NCBI RefSeq assembly: GCF_026210795.1
Contig: NC_089434.1
Coordinates: 2,542,001 to 2,606,000, forward strand
From: Rhizophagus irregularis
Taxonomy: Eukaryota
DNA: 64,000 nt
Direction: 5' to 3'
Positions 36,540 to 49,512 of this stretch are shown piece by piece (position 1 is the first letter of the stretch; the number at the start of each line of letters is the position of its first letter). Made by a program: the position numbers and the translations under genes. The notes under the pieces are model-generated. The model was not told where the DNA came from, did no database searches, and saw only the letters and a list, made by a program, of their open reading frames with translations.

Positions 36540-39500
36540 ATGGCTAAAGGAAAAACTCGTGCCGGTAAATATTTTTTTTTTCTATACTTCCTGTAAGCCC
36601 GCTAACCGTTTATATTACCCTAAGCTTCTTTACGTGCGGTAGGTTTTTATAAATCTTTTCTTTCTTAAAGTTTATCGATGGTTTTGTAAGAAAGAAAGAC
36701 GCGTCTGCGGTAGACTGTCATGTTCTATCGGAAGCCAATAATTTGGCAAGTCACATCGTCCAGTTGGTGGCCGGCTGAATTCTGGATACAGAGTTATTAA
36801 GTGTTTGTTGGGCACGCAAGGCGTCTGCGGTAGACTGTCATGTTCTATCGGAAGCCAATAATTTGGCAAGTCACATCGTCCAGTGGGTGGCCGGCCTTGA
36901 GTAAACAACAGCACACTTTAATGGTTATTTATTGACTTTAATCAAACAATATACTCAACACTTTTTTTGTTAAAATTTCCGTTTATGAGATATCAAATAT
37001 GAAACCTGTACGTGAACAAGTGAAAAAACGAAACCTCGATTGGATGATTACGTGTAAAAACCCCACGCCGATAGAATTCTTTCGTTTTATTCAACCGACA
37101 CATAAAGCTCGTGCGATCGAAAAGTATGGAAAAATTCTCAATGAAGCTATGAGGTTGTGTAAAGTTCCGGACGAACAGTCGAAACTAAAAAACATCAAAG
37201 AAACCGTTAATGTACGTGATCAAATGTTCTGCTTAAAGCATATTTGGAAAGCAATACTTTTAACTTCTGTTTTTTTTCACAAAATAGTGCAATTCAGATT
37301 GGGATGTGTGGCTATTAGAGAAAAGAGCGGTATTGTTCAAACATAAAATTTCGACAAGGTTCTTGGCTAACCATGATATCTTCAGATGAAGATTCGTAAC
37401 GAGGTCCATGAGAAGGTCGTCAGTAATAGGGCAATAGAACCGAATGAAGAAAGCTTGCGAAAAAAACAAAAACGATTGGATGGTAAGTTAAATTTACGAT
37501 TGTTCACGAAACATTTATGTAGATCCTTATAAACATTTATCAATCAAAGAACAAGAGGATGCCGATGAAGATGTATATTCATCTAACTATGCATCATCTT
37601 CCCTTACGAACAAGCCACAATTGGATGGTGAGTTAAATTTGCGATTTTCCACGAAACATTTATGTAGATCCTTATAAACATTTATCAATCAAAGAACAAG
37701 AGGATGACGATGAAGATGTATATTCATCTAATTATGCGTCATCTTCCCTTACGAATAAGTCTTGTTCACAACAAAAAACATCTGAGCGAGGAAAAACAGG
37801 CGAAGATATAACTGTGGAGGAACAGGAAAGACGTGAAAATGGGGTTAGTTTGGTAGATATATAGCTGATTGTGCAATTTTTAGTCACTTTAACTGCGTAG
37901 TCAAGAATTTTTAATGATTCAAATAAATTTCACAGAGCGATCATGATCATAATCTGGTTAAAAATCTTCTCAACGAACTGCAACAATGCTCTGAGAAAAT
38001 GGCTAGTTTGGTGTGCAGTTTTCAAGTATACTGTGATGATTCCGTTAATGAATTAATTCGGAATGAAATTATGGACCTAACCCCGTCTTCGGAGTTCGTT
38101 CTAAGATATACAAATGAGGATGACTACATGCAAGTTCTAAAAGAGATCTTTGAGCCTGTCGATAAGTTGTTTCCGGAAAGTGCGATTGAATTTCTTGAAG
38201 AGTTTTTTTCAGAGGTATCAATATTATTTTGTACTATCCTGTACTAATTTGTCTTTTTGCTTGCCAATCACATCATCGCTGTTTTATTTTAACAGAATTG
38301 TACCCATCAACAATGGGATAACAGGCTGGAAAGTTTATTGGAACCGGAAGAGGATCCATTTTTTATAAAGTTGAAGAGATTTTTATTTGAGACATTGCCG
38401 GCCTTGCAAGTATAATTTTTTTATTCTCAGTTTTACGTTCATTTGATAAATATATTATTGTTCTGCCCTGACAGGAAAACTACAAAATTAATACCTACTA
38501 TTTTTACCAGAATTTATTAACGTTCTTATTTATCTTTTAGCTTTGATGCGTATTCTTTGCTACATAACAATCCTCTCAAGAACCATGATATGCTGGAAGA
38601 TGAATTTATGAATACGTACATCCATCCCGTTCTAAAGAGGGCACTGTGGAGGTTTTCGGGTATTCGTTATATACCGTAAGTATTATGTAAGCATTTCTAA
38701 CATCTTTTTATTGTCGTGTTAAATTTATTTGTTATGATTCTTTTAGGGGAAACCAAGCTATTCAAGCATCTGCATATAGAAAGTCGATCATGAAACAAGA
38801 GGGGAATGCAGACCGCTCAGATGGGATTGCGTACACCACCACCGAAAAACCGTATGAAATTTGTATAGTAGAAGGTTCCAGACCATATGTTGTTGATGAC
38901 ACGAAAGAAATGTCCGATTATGTCCAAAATGCGAGAGCAGGAAAAGATATAATAAACTATACAGTTGTATCCGAAGTTAAATTGAAACGAGCACCGCCAC
39001 TGCAATTCAAGTCCTATATGGTACAGAGCATCGGACTAAGTCTTCGATTTTACCTTATGGACTATTTGGGTATGTATACAGTATATACGAACATTATTAT
39101 AAGAAGAATAAATCACTTTGCTGACGAATTTTTTAAGGAATATATCGACTTTTTGAAATCGAAACATGCGAAATTCCAACGGATCTAGAAAGTGTCGATT
39201 TATTCCCATCTTTTTTTAGGACAGTTGTGACTTGGGCGGTAAGTAATAACTATTGATACTTTGGGTTTGGCTTTTACTGATTTCATCTATTATATATATG
39301 TGTAGTTGATGGTCAGGGGCACTGATCAAGAATTCTGATCAATGAGAAACAAAAGAAGTGCGCGCTACAGTAACGCCCACAATTTACGAGTTCTTTCAAA
39401 GATAAATCATAATAAGCCTCGTATGGGCAATACAAAAATCATTAAAGAAAAAAAAATTATATAGGGCAAAGAAATGCTGAGTAATGAAAAATCGTAATGC
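36540..39500 (+). CDS. Multi-exon gene or pseudogene with C-terminal PD-(D/E)xK nuclease-like (Crinkler REase-type) domain
   Basis: Many short GT-AG introns; EDEFMNTYIHPVL...RSDGIAY...YEICIVEGS...VQSIGLSLRFYLMD. The 5' exon structure is uncertain and there may be a late in-frame stop near 39337. Confidence 0.5.
36700..36895. repeat. 75-bp direct repeat x2, 120-bp period
   Basis: gcgtctgcggtagactgtcatgttctatcggaagcc... at 36701 and 36821. Confidence 0.9.
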
Positions 39501-39647
39501 AACTTCAATCCTATTATTATCACTTTTATGATTTAATACTGTAATACATGTAGAATATTAGTATATCAAAAAATTTTTTTATATGCCATTGTAAAAACGT
39601 ATTTTCCAACTTTGTCCAATGCAGTATACTAAATAATATAAGTGGAA

Positions 39648-40551
39648 TTAGATAACCGATAAAGCATTTTGAAGTTTCAAGTTTATTCTATGAGACCCAG
39701 GAATAATTATATATGGGTCTTCGTAATACCAAACATATCTTAGTGCAATCCGATTCTCTTCGCATAATTCTTTCTTGAGTTGGTTCCGCGCTTGCTGTTT
39801 GATAAAATTATTGGAATTGCCATTATGGAAGAATTTGATATATTTTTCGTGTTGTATGCCTTGTACTTCGATTGCAAAGCCATATTCTGGGTAATAAATA
39901 TCAAGTTCTAATCCTGTGGGACATTCTGGTGTTTTGAGAAAATTAGGTTTGTGGATTAGTGAAGGAGGGCCAAGATATTGTTAAAATCTTGTGACATAGC
40001 TTTTCTCTTTTATATTTCGGGCAGAATGGGCACCACGAGTTTAAATGTTTAACATTATCAAAAGTAGCAAACCATCTATACTTTTTATCACACATCCATA
40101 ATAAAGCTGAACAATTATTAATATAATATTCAGAAAGACAAGCTCCTTTTCTATTATAAGCCAATTGTTTGACATCTTCAAGTGTACAAGGCCTATTATT
40201 TGCACAATATGGACACCACTTCTTATTATTTTTTACAGTGTTAAAAGATGCATTCCACTCATGCCTTTCAGAACAACGCCATGATAAAGGTGAAAAACTA
40301 TTATCATACATTTTGGAAAGGCATTCTCCATTCTTACTAAAAGCAACTTGCTTAGCATCTTCAATTGTATGACTGGCCTTATTTGCACAATACGAACACC
40401 ATGTCTTACTGTTATTTATATTATTAAGAGATGTAGTCCACTCATAACTATTTGCACATTGCATGTTAGCATTAACATATTCAGTAGAAAGACAAAGCCC
40501 ACCACGTTTTCCAGCAATTGCACAAGCATCATTTATTGTCAACTTTCTCAT
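39648..40551 (-). pseudogene. Zinc-ribbon-repeat protein with C-terminal PD-(D/E)xK endonuclease (large DNA virus-like), frameshifted near 39975
   Basis: Three G.CLS..Y...W.C...H.W...WCPxC repeats followed by GLELDIYYPEYGFAIEVQGIQH...LKKELCEEN; intronless. Confidence 0.75.
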
Positions 40552-40832
40552 TGCAAATAGGTGATTCTTCATCAAAAAGATCAAAACTTTAATTTCAGGA
40601 GTAATGAATCCTTATGATCCTTTTTTTCACTTCTCTCGTAACTCTACCTCTTTTTGAAGGTCTAATGGAGTATCAAATCTCAACTGAATTGCCAGTGGAT
40701 TATCATCTGATTTATTTAGATCAAAGACAATAAATTCACCTTTTCGAAGATAACTATTAACAACCATAGAGGTATTTTTCACATCTTCAGTATATCGTCC
40801 AATGATCTTGAAAATATCTTGATAGGAACTGC

Positions 40833-42321
40833 TAGAGCTCTGAATTTGACTTGATGGATTGGATGACCTGACGGGTTAACCAGGTCAGGTAGCAGATTTA
40901 ATGACCTGACCTCAAGTCGGGTCAATTACAGTCAGATATCCAACCCGACCCATTGACTTGACATATTTTGGTCATAAATAAGATTTTATATATATAAAAA
41001 ATGCCAACCTGACCTGAATCTGATGTTTTTTCATTAAAAATAATTACAAAAACGTCTTTTTTTATTAAAAATGTCAGGTTCGATTAAAAAACAAAAAAAA
41101 ATGTTTTTTTTATTAAAAAACATTGAACCTGACGTTTTTTATTAAAAGAAACAAAAAAAAATGTTTCTTTAATTAAAAAATGTCAAGTTTGACATTTTTT
41201 TATTAGAAGAAACAAAAAACGTTTCTTTAATTAAAAAACGTCGGGCTTGACATTTTTTCATTAAAAGAAACAAAAAAAATATTTCTTTAATTAAAAAATG
41301 TTAGATTTGACATTCTTTCATTAAAAGAAACAAAAAAAATGTTTCTTTAATTAAAAAACGTCGGGTTTGACATTTTTTCATTAAAAGAAACAAAAAAAAT
41401 GTTTCTTTAATTAAAAAATGTCGAACCTGACATTTTTTTATTAAAAGAAACAAAAAAAAGTTTCTTTAATTAAAAAATGTCGAACCTGACATTTTTTATT
41501 AAAAGAAATAAAAAAAATTGTTTCTTTAATTAAAAAACGACAGGTTTGACATTTTTTTATTAAAAAAAACAAAAAAAATGTTTTTTTTATTAAAAAACAT
41601 CGAACCTGACATTTTTTATTAAAAGAAACAAAAGAAAATGTATTTTTAATTAAAAAATGTTGAACCTGACGTTTTTTATTAAAAGAAACAAAAAAAAATT
41701 GTTTCTTTAATTTAAAAATGTCGGGTTTGACGTTTTTTCATTAAAAGAAATAAAAAAAAAGTTTCTTTAATTTAAAAATGTCAGGTCTGACGTTTTTCAT
41801 TAGAAAAACAAAAAAAATACATTTTGGCGTAATAAAAACTTTACTATCAGTAGTGATTTTTTTGGTAGTATTTTATAATGCTTTTTAAATAATATTAATA
41901 AAAATTTTTGACATATCATGTAAATATCATATTTAATAACATATATATTAATAAGTCTATTATTATTTTTTTACATTTTATTGTAATATGGTATTTTAAT
42001 ATATATTAAATTATAATAGCAATTATATTGTCAATTATTACAAAATATACATTATAGGATTATTATATGGTAATCAAAAAAATAGGCACTGATAGCTAAA
42101 AAGTGCTGAAACGTACTTTTCCATAAAATAATTGTAATATAATTTGATATATTAAAAATGCAGAAATGTTTTTTTGACCCAAAATATACTAGGTCAATGA
42201 GTCAGATCAGGTACCTAAACTGACCTGTAATATTCAGGTCAGGTCACCAAATTCATGACTTGCTTTGGATCAGATCAAGTCAATTAATTATCTAACCTGA
42301 TCTGACCCATTCAGAGCTCTA
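40833..42321. mobile_element. Non-autonomous hAT element with internal ~60-bp tandem repeat
   Basis: TIR TAGAGCTCTGAAT; TSD GGAACTGC / AGAACTGC (7/8 match); tandem repeat at ~41000-41820. Confidence 0.85.
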
Positions 42322-42392
42322 AGAACTGCCACCATTAAAGACTACTAGATGTGAAATATTTTTCTGAATAATTATTAGTATATGATGGTTAA

Positions 42393-42630
42393 GGTTGCTT
42401 GCCAAAACCTAGGGGTTTAGGCAAGATGGCGTTTTGCCAAAAAGCGAAATTCTGCTGAAACTATATTAAAGTTATATTAAAAAACTGGCAAAACTTTGAA
42501 GAAAGGCGAAACTGCCAAAACTTATTATAAATGCCAAAACTACTAAAACTCTGCCAAAACTATAATAAATCTATAGTAAAATTTTGATGAAACTAATCGT
42601 AGGATTTTGAAGAGGTTTAGACAAGTAACC
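42393..42630. mobile_element. TTAA-targeting MITE (Kolobok-like GG...CC termini)
   Basis: TIR ggtt(g/a)cttg(c/t)c(a/t)aaacct; TTAA at 42389-42392 and 42631-42634. Confidence 0.8.
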
Positions 42631-43958
42631 TTAATGATAGTAACGTTATGTTACATATATGCTTGAAATGTTTCTATGACGTCCATATGTAAAAAATGAA
42701 ATGATTCGATTTTGGATGGACTCAGGAAGTGAAAGCCACACATAAATCTTCAAAAACAATTGCTGTACTTTGTTCAGGTGAAAAAACTCTTACACTAGGG
42801 ATTTTTACTGGTGATATATAGCTAAATTGTATATTCTCATAGCATATGGACTGATTTGTCTACTCTGAAAAAGAGTTATTGAATTGATTTGCACAATTTT
42901 CGTTACTCAAAATTGTTTTGTAATACCAAAAAATCATCTGATTGATGATCACTTGACTAAATAATAAGTTGAACAAAAATTTACATTTGTGAAACTTAAA
43001 TTATTAAATGTAAAAGAGGTGTGAAAAAACCCATTTCACTAATAAAAAATCCATTTCTGATATATATGGAATTTTTAACATATATTATTAAAAAGTAAGT
43101 ATATTTTAATAAAATATAAAGTAAAATAAAAATTTATATAGTCTTAATAGCTATAAATGTTTATAAAAGTATAATAAAAATATCATATAAAAGATGGTAT
43201 CATAATAGATATTTTCAAACAATAAAAATAATTATTTTATATCAAAATTTGTATTACCATCTTTAGACGCAAATATATCAAGATTCACTAATCCGTTTTC
43301 TATAATTTTAGGCTCGTTGGAAAGCCCTTGTTCTGGACTTTATAGGCGAAAAAAGAGCTTGCCGATTGAATTGTTAGATCCAGAGATATTTACGTTTAAA
43401 GTTGAGGTACGAACTTTTTAACATGCTTAAATGCAAATTCTTGGGATCCACTAATCCGTTTTTTATAAATTTAGGCTCTTCGGAAAGCCCTTGATCTGGT
43501 CTATATGAGCGAAAAAAAAGCTTGCCGATTGGATCATTAGATCTGGAGATATTTACGTTTAAAGTTGAGATACAAATTTTTAATATATATAGTAAGTGTT
43601 AAGAATTATATTAATTTAAAAGAAATATTTACCACCTTATAGTATAGTAACATCAAATAAAAGTTTTTTAATACTCACTCCCAATTTACTGTATATTATA
43701 TAGTATTTTGTATAATAAAAATATAATAAAATCAATATTTTAATTAAAGGTAAACAAATTAGTCCATATGGTAAGATGCTTTTGGATCTTTTGAAATTAT
43801 ACCATACATTTTTCTTACAAATGCCCACTTAGGCTCGTCAGAATGATAACCACAAACTATCAAATCATCACATGCAATATATCTAGACCTGCCTTTTTTA
43901 CCTTTATATATACATTCAGCTTTATTACCAAGAAAAAGATTTGCCAAAATATTAGTCT

Positions 43959-46900
43959 CATTGGGAAATTTTTTGGGAAGCAGATCTGCGCAGATTTTCA
44001 GAAATTATATCTGCGCAGATCTTATACCCTGGCGCAAAATATTAAAGGAAAAATCCAATAAAAAACTGCGCAGATTTTATAAATAACAAAGTTCTGCGCA
44101 GATTTTTAAATAAAAAACTTTTGAAATACCTCAGCAATTTTTTTCAGTAAAAATCTGCATCACAATAATACAAATTAATTTATTGCATTAATTACTAATT
44201 TATTTATAATCAAAATTACTTTTTTATTATATATTAACAAGTTTACAAATACAATTGAAATCTATTACTAGTCATTGCTATTTATCATCTCTTTACTGCA
44301 CATTTACATGTTGTTAATAGTTTGGACATTGTTCCAGTTGGTTCGATTCCAACAAACAACAAAATAAAATAGAAAATCGGAGATGTTTATTAGAAATAAG
44401 AAAATTATTTCAAAGTTATTACTTTCGAAATGTTTGACACGAAATCTCAGGATCTAAAAAATAAAGTAAAATGAACGTTAGTAGAACGTTCGTTAAAGAA
44501 GAATAAAAAAAAAATTATAAAGAATTTTGAAGATATACCTTCAAATTCTTTCGTCCAGGAGCCAGAGAAAAAAACCCTACAGAAAAAAACAACTGAAACG
44601 TTAGTAAACGTTTCGCAAATTAAAAAATATGAAAGAATTTCGAAGGAATTTTACCTTCAAAATTCCGTCCAGAAGCCGTAAACCTGCAAAAAGTAAAAAG
44701 AAAAGACAAACAAAAGGTTAGTAAATGTTTTGTTAAACATTAAAAAAAAATTAATTTCGAAGGTAAATACCTTCAAAATCCTGAAAAAATCTCCAAGTCT
44801 AGTTCGTCTAAAGAAGCCCGGCGTTCTTATATAAAGAAGAAAGAACGTTAGAAACGTTCTTTAAAAAAAAAAATAAATTTTAAAGTTTCGCAACTCTTAT
44901 TGCGAAACTTACCATTTACCCGTTTTAGGAACCTTGGAGTACTGAAATCTACAACAAAAAAGAAAACGAAATGTTAGCTAACATTTCGTTTAAATAAAAA
45001 CAAAAAAAACAGAATTTCGAAGGTTACCTTCGAAATTCTGTTCAGGAGCGTCCAGAGAGCTGTGTTCCTACAAAATACAAAAACGAACGTTAGAAAACAC
45101 TTCGTTAAGTATAATTATTAAAAAAAATTTTTTTCAAAGGTTTTACCTTCAATATGGGAGACTGAACTCATTTTCGACTTCCTTTACCTAAAAAAAATAA
45201 AATACGAACGTTAGTTAACGTTTGTTTAAATAAAAAGAAAAAAAAAATTTGAAGGTTTTACCTTCGATATGGGAGCTCAGAATTCATTTTTGGATTCCCT
45301 TGCCTAAAAAAAAAGTAATACGAATGTTAGTTAACGTTTGTCAATAAATTAAATAAAAAAAATTTTTTTTTATGAAGATTTTACCTTTGTATGGGAAAAC
45401 TTTCGTATGGGAGTCCAAGTTTCCGGCTTCCTTTATTTAAAAAAAAAGGAAATATGAACGTTAGTTACGTTTGTCAATAAATTAAATAAAAAAAATTTTT
45501 TTTTACGAAGATTTTACCTTCGTATGGGAAAACTTTCGTATGGGAATCCAAGTTTTCGGCTTCTTTTATCTAAAAAAAAAGGAAATACGAATGTTAGTTA
45601 CGTTTGTCAATAAATAAAAAAGAAAAAAAAATTTTGAAGGTTTTACCTTCGATATGGAAGTCCAGAACTCGTTTTCAGATTCCTTTGCCTAAAAAAAAAG
45701 AGATGAAACGTTAGAAACGTTTTGTCAATAAATTAATTAAAAAAAAATTAATTTTTGAAGGTTTGTTTTACCTTCGATATGGAAGTCCAGAACTTGTTTC
45801 GGCTTCCTTTATCTGAAAAAAAAGAAATGAAACGTTATAAACTGAACGTTTCGTTAATAAATTAATTAAAAGAAATAATTTGAAAGTTTTACCATCAAAC
45901 AGAATTTTCAAATGGGTCCAGAACATACCTTCAGTGTTCTGGACCTATAAAATACAAAAATGAACGAAACTAACGTTCGTTAAAGTTAAATTATAAAAAA
46001 AATATTTCAAAGATTTTTACCTTCGAAATAAATGTCCGGAGCCATTCTTCGGTGTCCAGGACTTATAAATATAAAAACGAACGTTAATTAATGTTCGTTA
46101 AACAAAAATATAAAAAAAAAATTTGAAGGTAAAACCTTTACCTTCAACTAACGTTTGTTAAAGTTAAATTATAAAAAAAATATTTCGAAGATTTTTACCT
46201 TGAAATAAATGTCCGACCATTCTTGGTTGTCAGGACTTATAAATATAAAAACGAACGTTAATTAATGTTCGTTAAACAAAAATATAAAAAAAAAATTTGA
46301 AGGTAAAACCTTTACCTTCAACTAACGTTTGTTAAAGTTAAATTATAAAAAAAAATATTTCGAAAATTTTTACCTTCGAAATAAACGTCTGGAGCCATTC
46401 TTGGCGCCCAGGACCTAAAAATATGAAAAAGCGAATGTTAATTAATGTTCATTGAAATAAAATTAAAAAAATATTTCAAAGGTAAACTTTACCTTTGAAA
46501 TAAACGTTTGGAGCCATTCTTTGGCATCCAGGACCTATAAAACGTAAAAACGAATATTAATTAACGTTCGTTAAATAAAATTAAAAAATATATTTCGAAG
46601 GTTAACTTTACCTTCGAAATAAACGTCCGGAGCCGTTCTTTGGCATCCAGGACCTATAAAATATAAAAACGAACGTAACTAATGTTCATTAAAGCTAAAT
46701 TATAAAAAAAATATTTTGAAGATTTTTACCTTCAAAATAAATGTCCAGAGCCGTTCTTCAATACCCAGAACCTAAAAACATGAAAAATGAACGTTAATTA
46801 ACGTTCGTTGAAATAAAATTAAAAAAATATTTTGAAGGTAAACTTTACCTTCAAAATAAACGTCCGGAGCCGTTCTTTGGCATCCAGGACCTATAAAATG

Positions 46901-47582
46901 TAAAAACGAACGTTAATTAACGTTCATTAAAATAAAATTAAAAAAATATTTCAAATATAAACTTTACCTTCGAAATAAACATCTGGAGTTGTTCTTCAGC
47001 GTCCAGAACCTAAAAACATGAAAAACGAACGTTAATTAACGTTTGTTGAAATAAAATTAAAAAAAAAATATTTCAAAGGTAAACTTTACCTTCGAAATAA
47101 ACGTCTAGAGCCATTCTTTGGCGCCTAGGACCTAAAAACATGAAAAATGAACATTAGCGATATTACGTGTTGTAGAAAAATTATTTTTTAAAGTCTTGTA
47201 AAATTTTTTTTTTTAAAAAGTATTGTAAAAAAAATCATTTAGGTATTAAATCAAGTTAGAGTTAATTAAAGTTTAAATGATGAAATTGCAGATCGAACTG
47301 ATATTTTAATGAAAAAAAAGCAAATATTTGCAAAATTGCAGACTTCCGCATAAATTTCATATAAAAAAAAGCAGAAATCTGCAAAATCACAGACTTTCTG
47401 CAGAAATGCATACATAAAAAATCAGAAACATGCAAAATTGCAGATTATTGCATAACTTTGTAAAAAATAAAAAGTGAAAATCTGCAAAATTGCAGACTTC
47501 CGCATAAATTCACAAAAAAAATGCGGAGATCTGCTAATTTTACAGATCTCTGCAGTTCTGCATCTTAAAAAATTTCCTGATG
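43959..47582. mobile_element. Second copy of the CAT...ATG 2-bp-TSD element with family B array (44400-47160, minus strand)
   Basis: Termini cattgggaaatttttt / aaaaaatttcctgatg; TSD CT; excision restores the ATPase Walker A. Confidence 0.9.
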
Positions 47583-48984
47583 CTTACCTGATCTACTTTT
47601 CCCAGTAACTAGCATAGAGAAAGGCTATGATGGACTTGTACGGTGATAACGAATTCGAGATGATTCGTGCTTTATGGTCTCATCCATATCTATAAGGTAA
47701 AGTTTCATAGGAAGCAGCCCTGTCTTTTGGTTCTTCTGTGTATTAGATTGGGAATCTATAACTATAATTTCTATTTATGGGTATTTTATAATTCAGAAGA
47801 TTTTTTCTTCATTAATAAGTGAATTAAAAGAATATCAATAAGAGAATATGTACTATAGAATGTATATGATTAGTAATACTATTATGAAGATGAATGCATG
47901 CTGAAAAAATAAGGAATCAGGTACTTTTGAGGTTGTTTCAGGACTAGTAATGCTGTTATCTTTCTCCAGTCCGTTAATACCTCCAAGCACTTCAGATTCA
48001 CTAAATGTTTTTGGGATCTGTTTGGCTAAATGATCATTACTAGCTTCTTGAAGGAGGATCTCTTTCTCTGATAATCATATCTTTTGTACTGAGAACAAAT
48101 TATCTCTCATTTGCATTAATTCTTTTTTTTCATTCATTAATTCTATTCGTGTTGAGGTTAATTCATCCCTTAATCGCATTAATTCACCCTTTTTTTTGCT
48201 TAATTCATTTTTCTTTAGATCTAAGTCAACATTCTTTAGCTCAACATTTTTCCTTGACAGTGCCAACTCTCGTCTAAGAGAATCCATTTCTGATAAGTTT
48301 TTCTGAACTAAAAAATACTTCATTTCCAACTCTTTTATTTTTGATTGGAAAGCTTGTATCTTTTCCAATTTTATAGAGATCTTGTTCTCAGTTTTTGAGA
48401 AAGAAATATCTTTATAGATAATCTGATTTTTGAGTTCTCTCACCTTATCTTTAAGCTGGCGTATATGCTCTGAAAAACTCTCATTATTTTATATCAGGAG
48501 AGTGTTTATAATGCCAAGCTGAATACTTGAGCTTAAAGCGATATCTAAATCATGTTTTACACAAGCAGGTTGGTTATTCACTGGTCAGAATAGTCCATTT
48601 CAGCAAAATTTTAAATTGCCGAATGTTGAACGAAATTCGGTCTGACATTAGCTGATCAGTACCAAAAAAATCGGCAACTAATTTTATGGACGATTTGCAC
48701 CATAACGCCTGCCACTCGCAATTAGAAATTGGCAAAATTTCAGAATTAGTTAAAAAAATCAGCTGTATATATCAATAAAATTCGATCCTGCCATGCAAAT
48801 GAATTTGTCATAAACAATTAACTATTCGTTTAAAAATCGATATTGATTTAATTTGCCAATTTGCAAAATAAATAAAATTGACCATAATAATTTTGACGAA
48901 ATTTAGCAAATTTAAGTTTTAAAACTGATTTTATTTCGATTGATTTACCAATTATTTTAATTAAATCAATTAAATCGCAAAAAT

Positions 48985-49370
48985 TTCCTATAAAAATAGT
49001 AAAAATTTCCTACGAAAATAATACTAAAATAATACGAAAATAATACTAAAATAATAAAAATTTCCTACGAAAATAATATGAAAATAATACGAAAATAATA
49101 CTAAAATAATAAAAATTTCCTACAAAAATAATATGAAAATAATATGAAAATAATACTAAAATAATAAAAATTTCCTACGAAAATAATATGAAAATAATAC
49201 GAAAATAATACTAAAATAATAAAAATTTCCTACAAAAATAATACTAAAATAATACGAAAATAATAAAAATTTCCTACAACAATAATACAAAAATAATACG
49301 TAAATAATACGTAAATAATATGAAAATAATACGAAATAATACTAAATTAATAAAAATTTCCTATGAAAAT
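48985..49370. repeat. AAAATAATAC(G/T) minisatellite with higher-order ~56-bp period
   Basis: Repeating aaaataatac/atg units punctuated by aaaaatttcctac. Confidence 0.9.
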
Positions 49371-49512
49371 AAAAAAATTCAATCCACAATTCCACAAAAA
49401 ATCCCATAATTTTCAAAAAAAATCCAAAAAAACCGACAAATTTACAATCTAAAATTTGAAAAAAAAGTTAGTATAATAAAAACTCAAACAAAAATTAAAG
49501 TACAAATTTATA

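Larger units (their letters stand above)
40610..47740 (-). pseudogene. Fragmented A32/FtsK-like packaging ATPase (Maverick-type)
   Basis: Walker A MLVTGKSRSGK|TNILANL is rejoined across 43959-47582; Walker B AIVFEDL at ~42750; KNISHLVVFNGGSS|YQDIFKIIGRY is rejoined across 40833-42321. The pieces may come from more than one copy. Confidence 0.7.

Noticed and set aside
48075..48443. Coiled-coil ORF
   Set aside because: Fragment with no recognisable family; flanking frames are broken.
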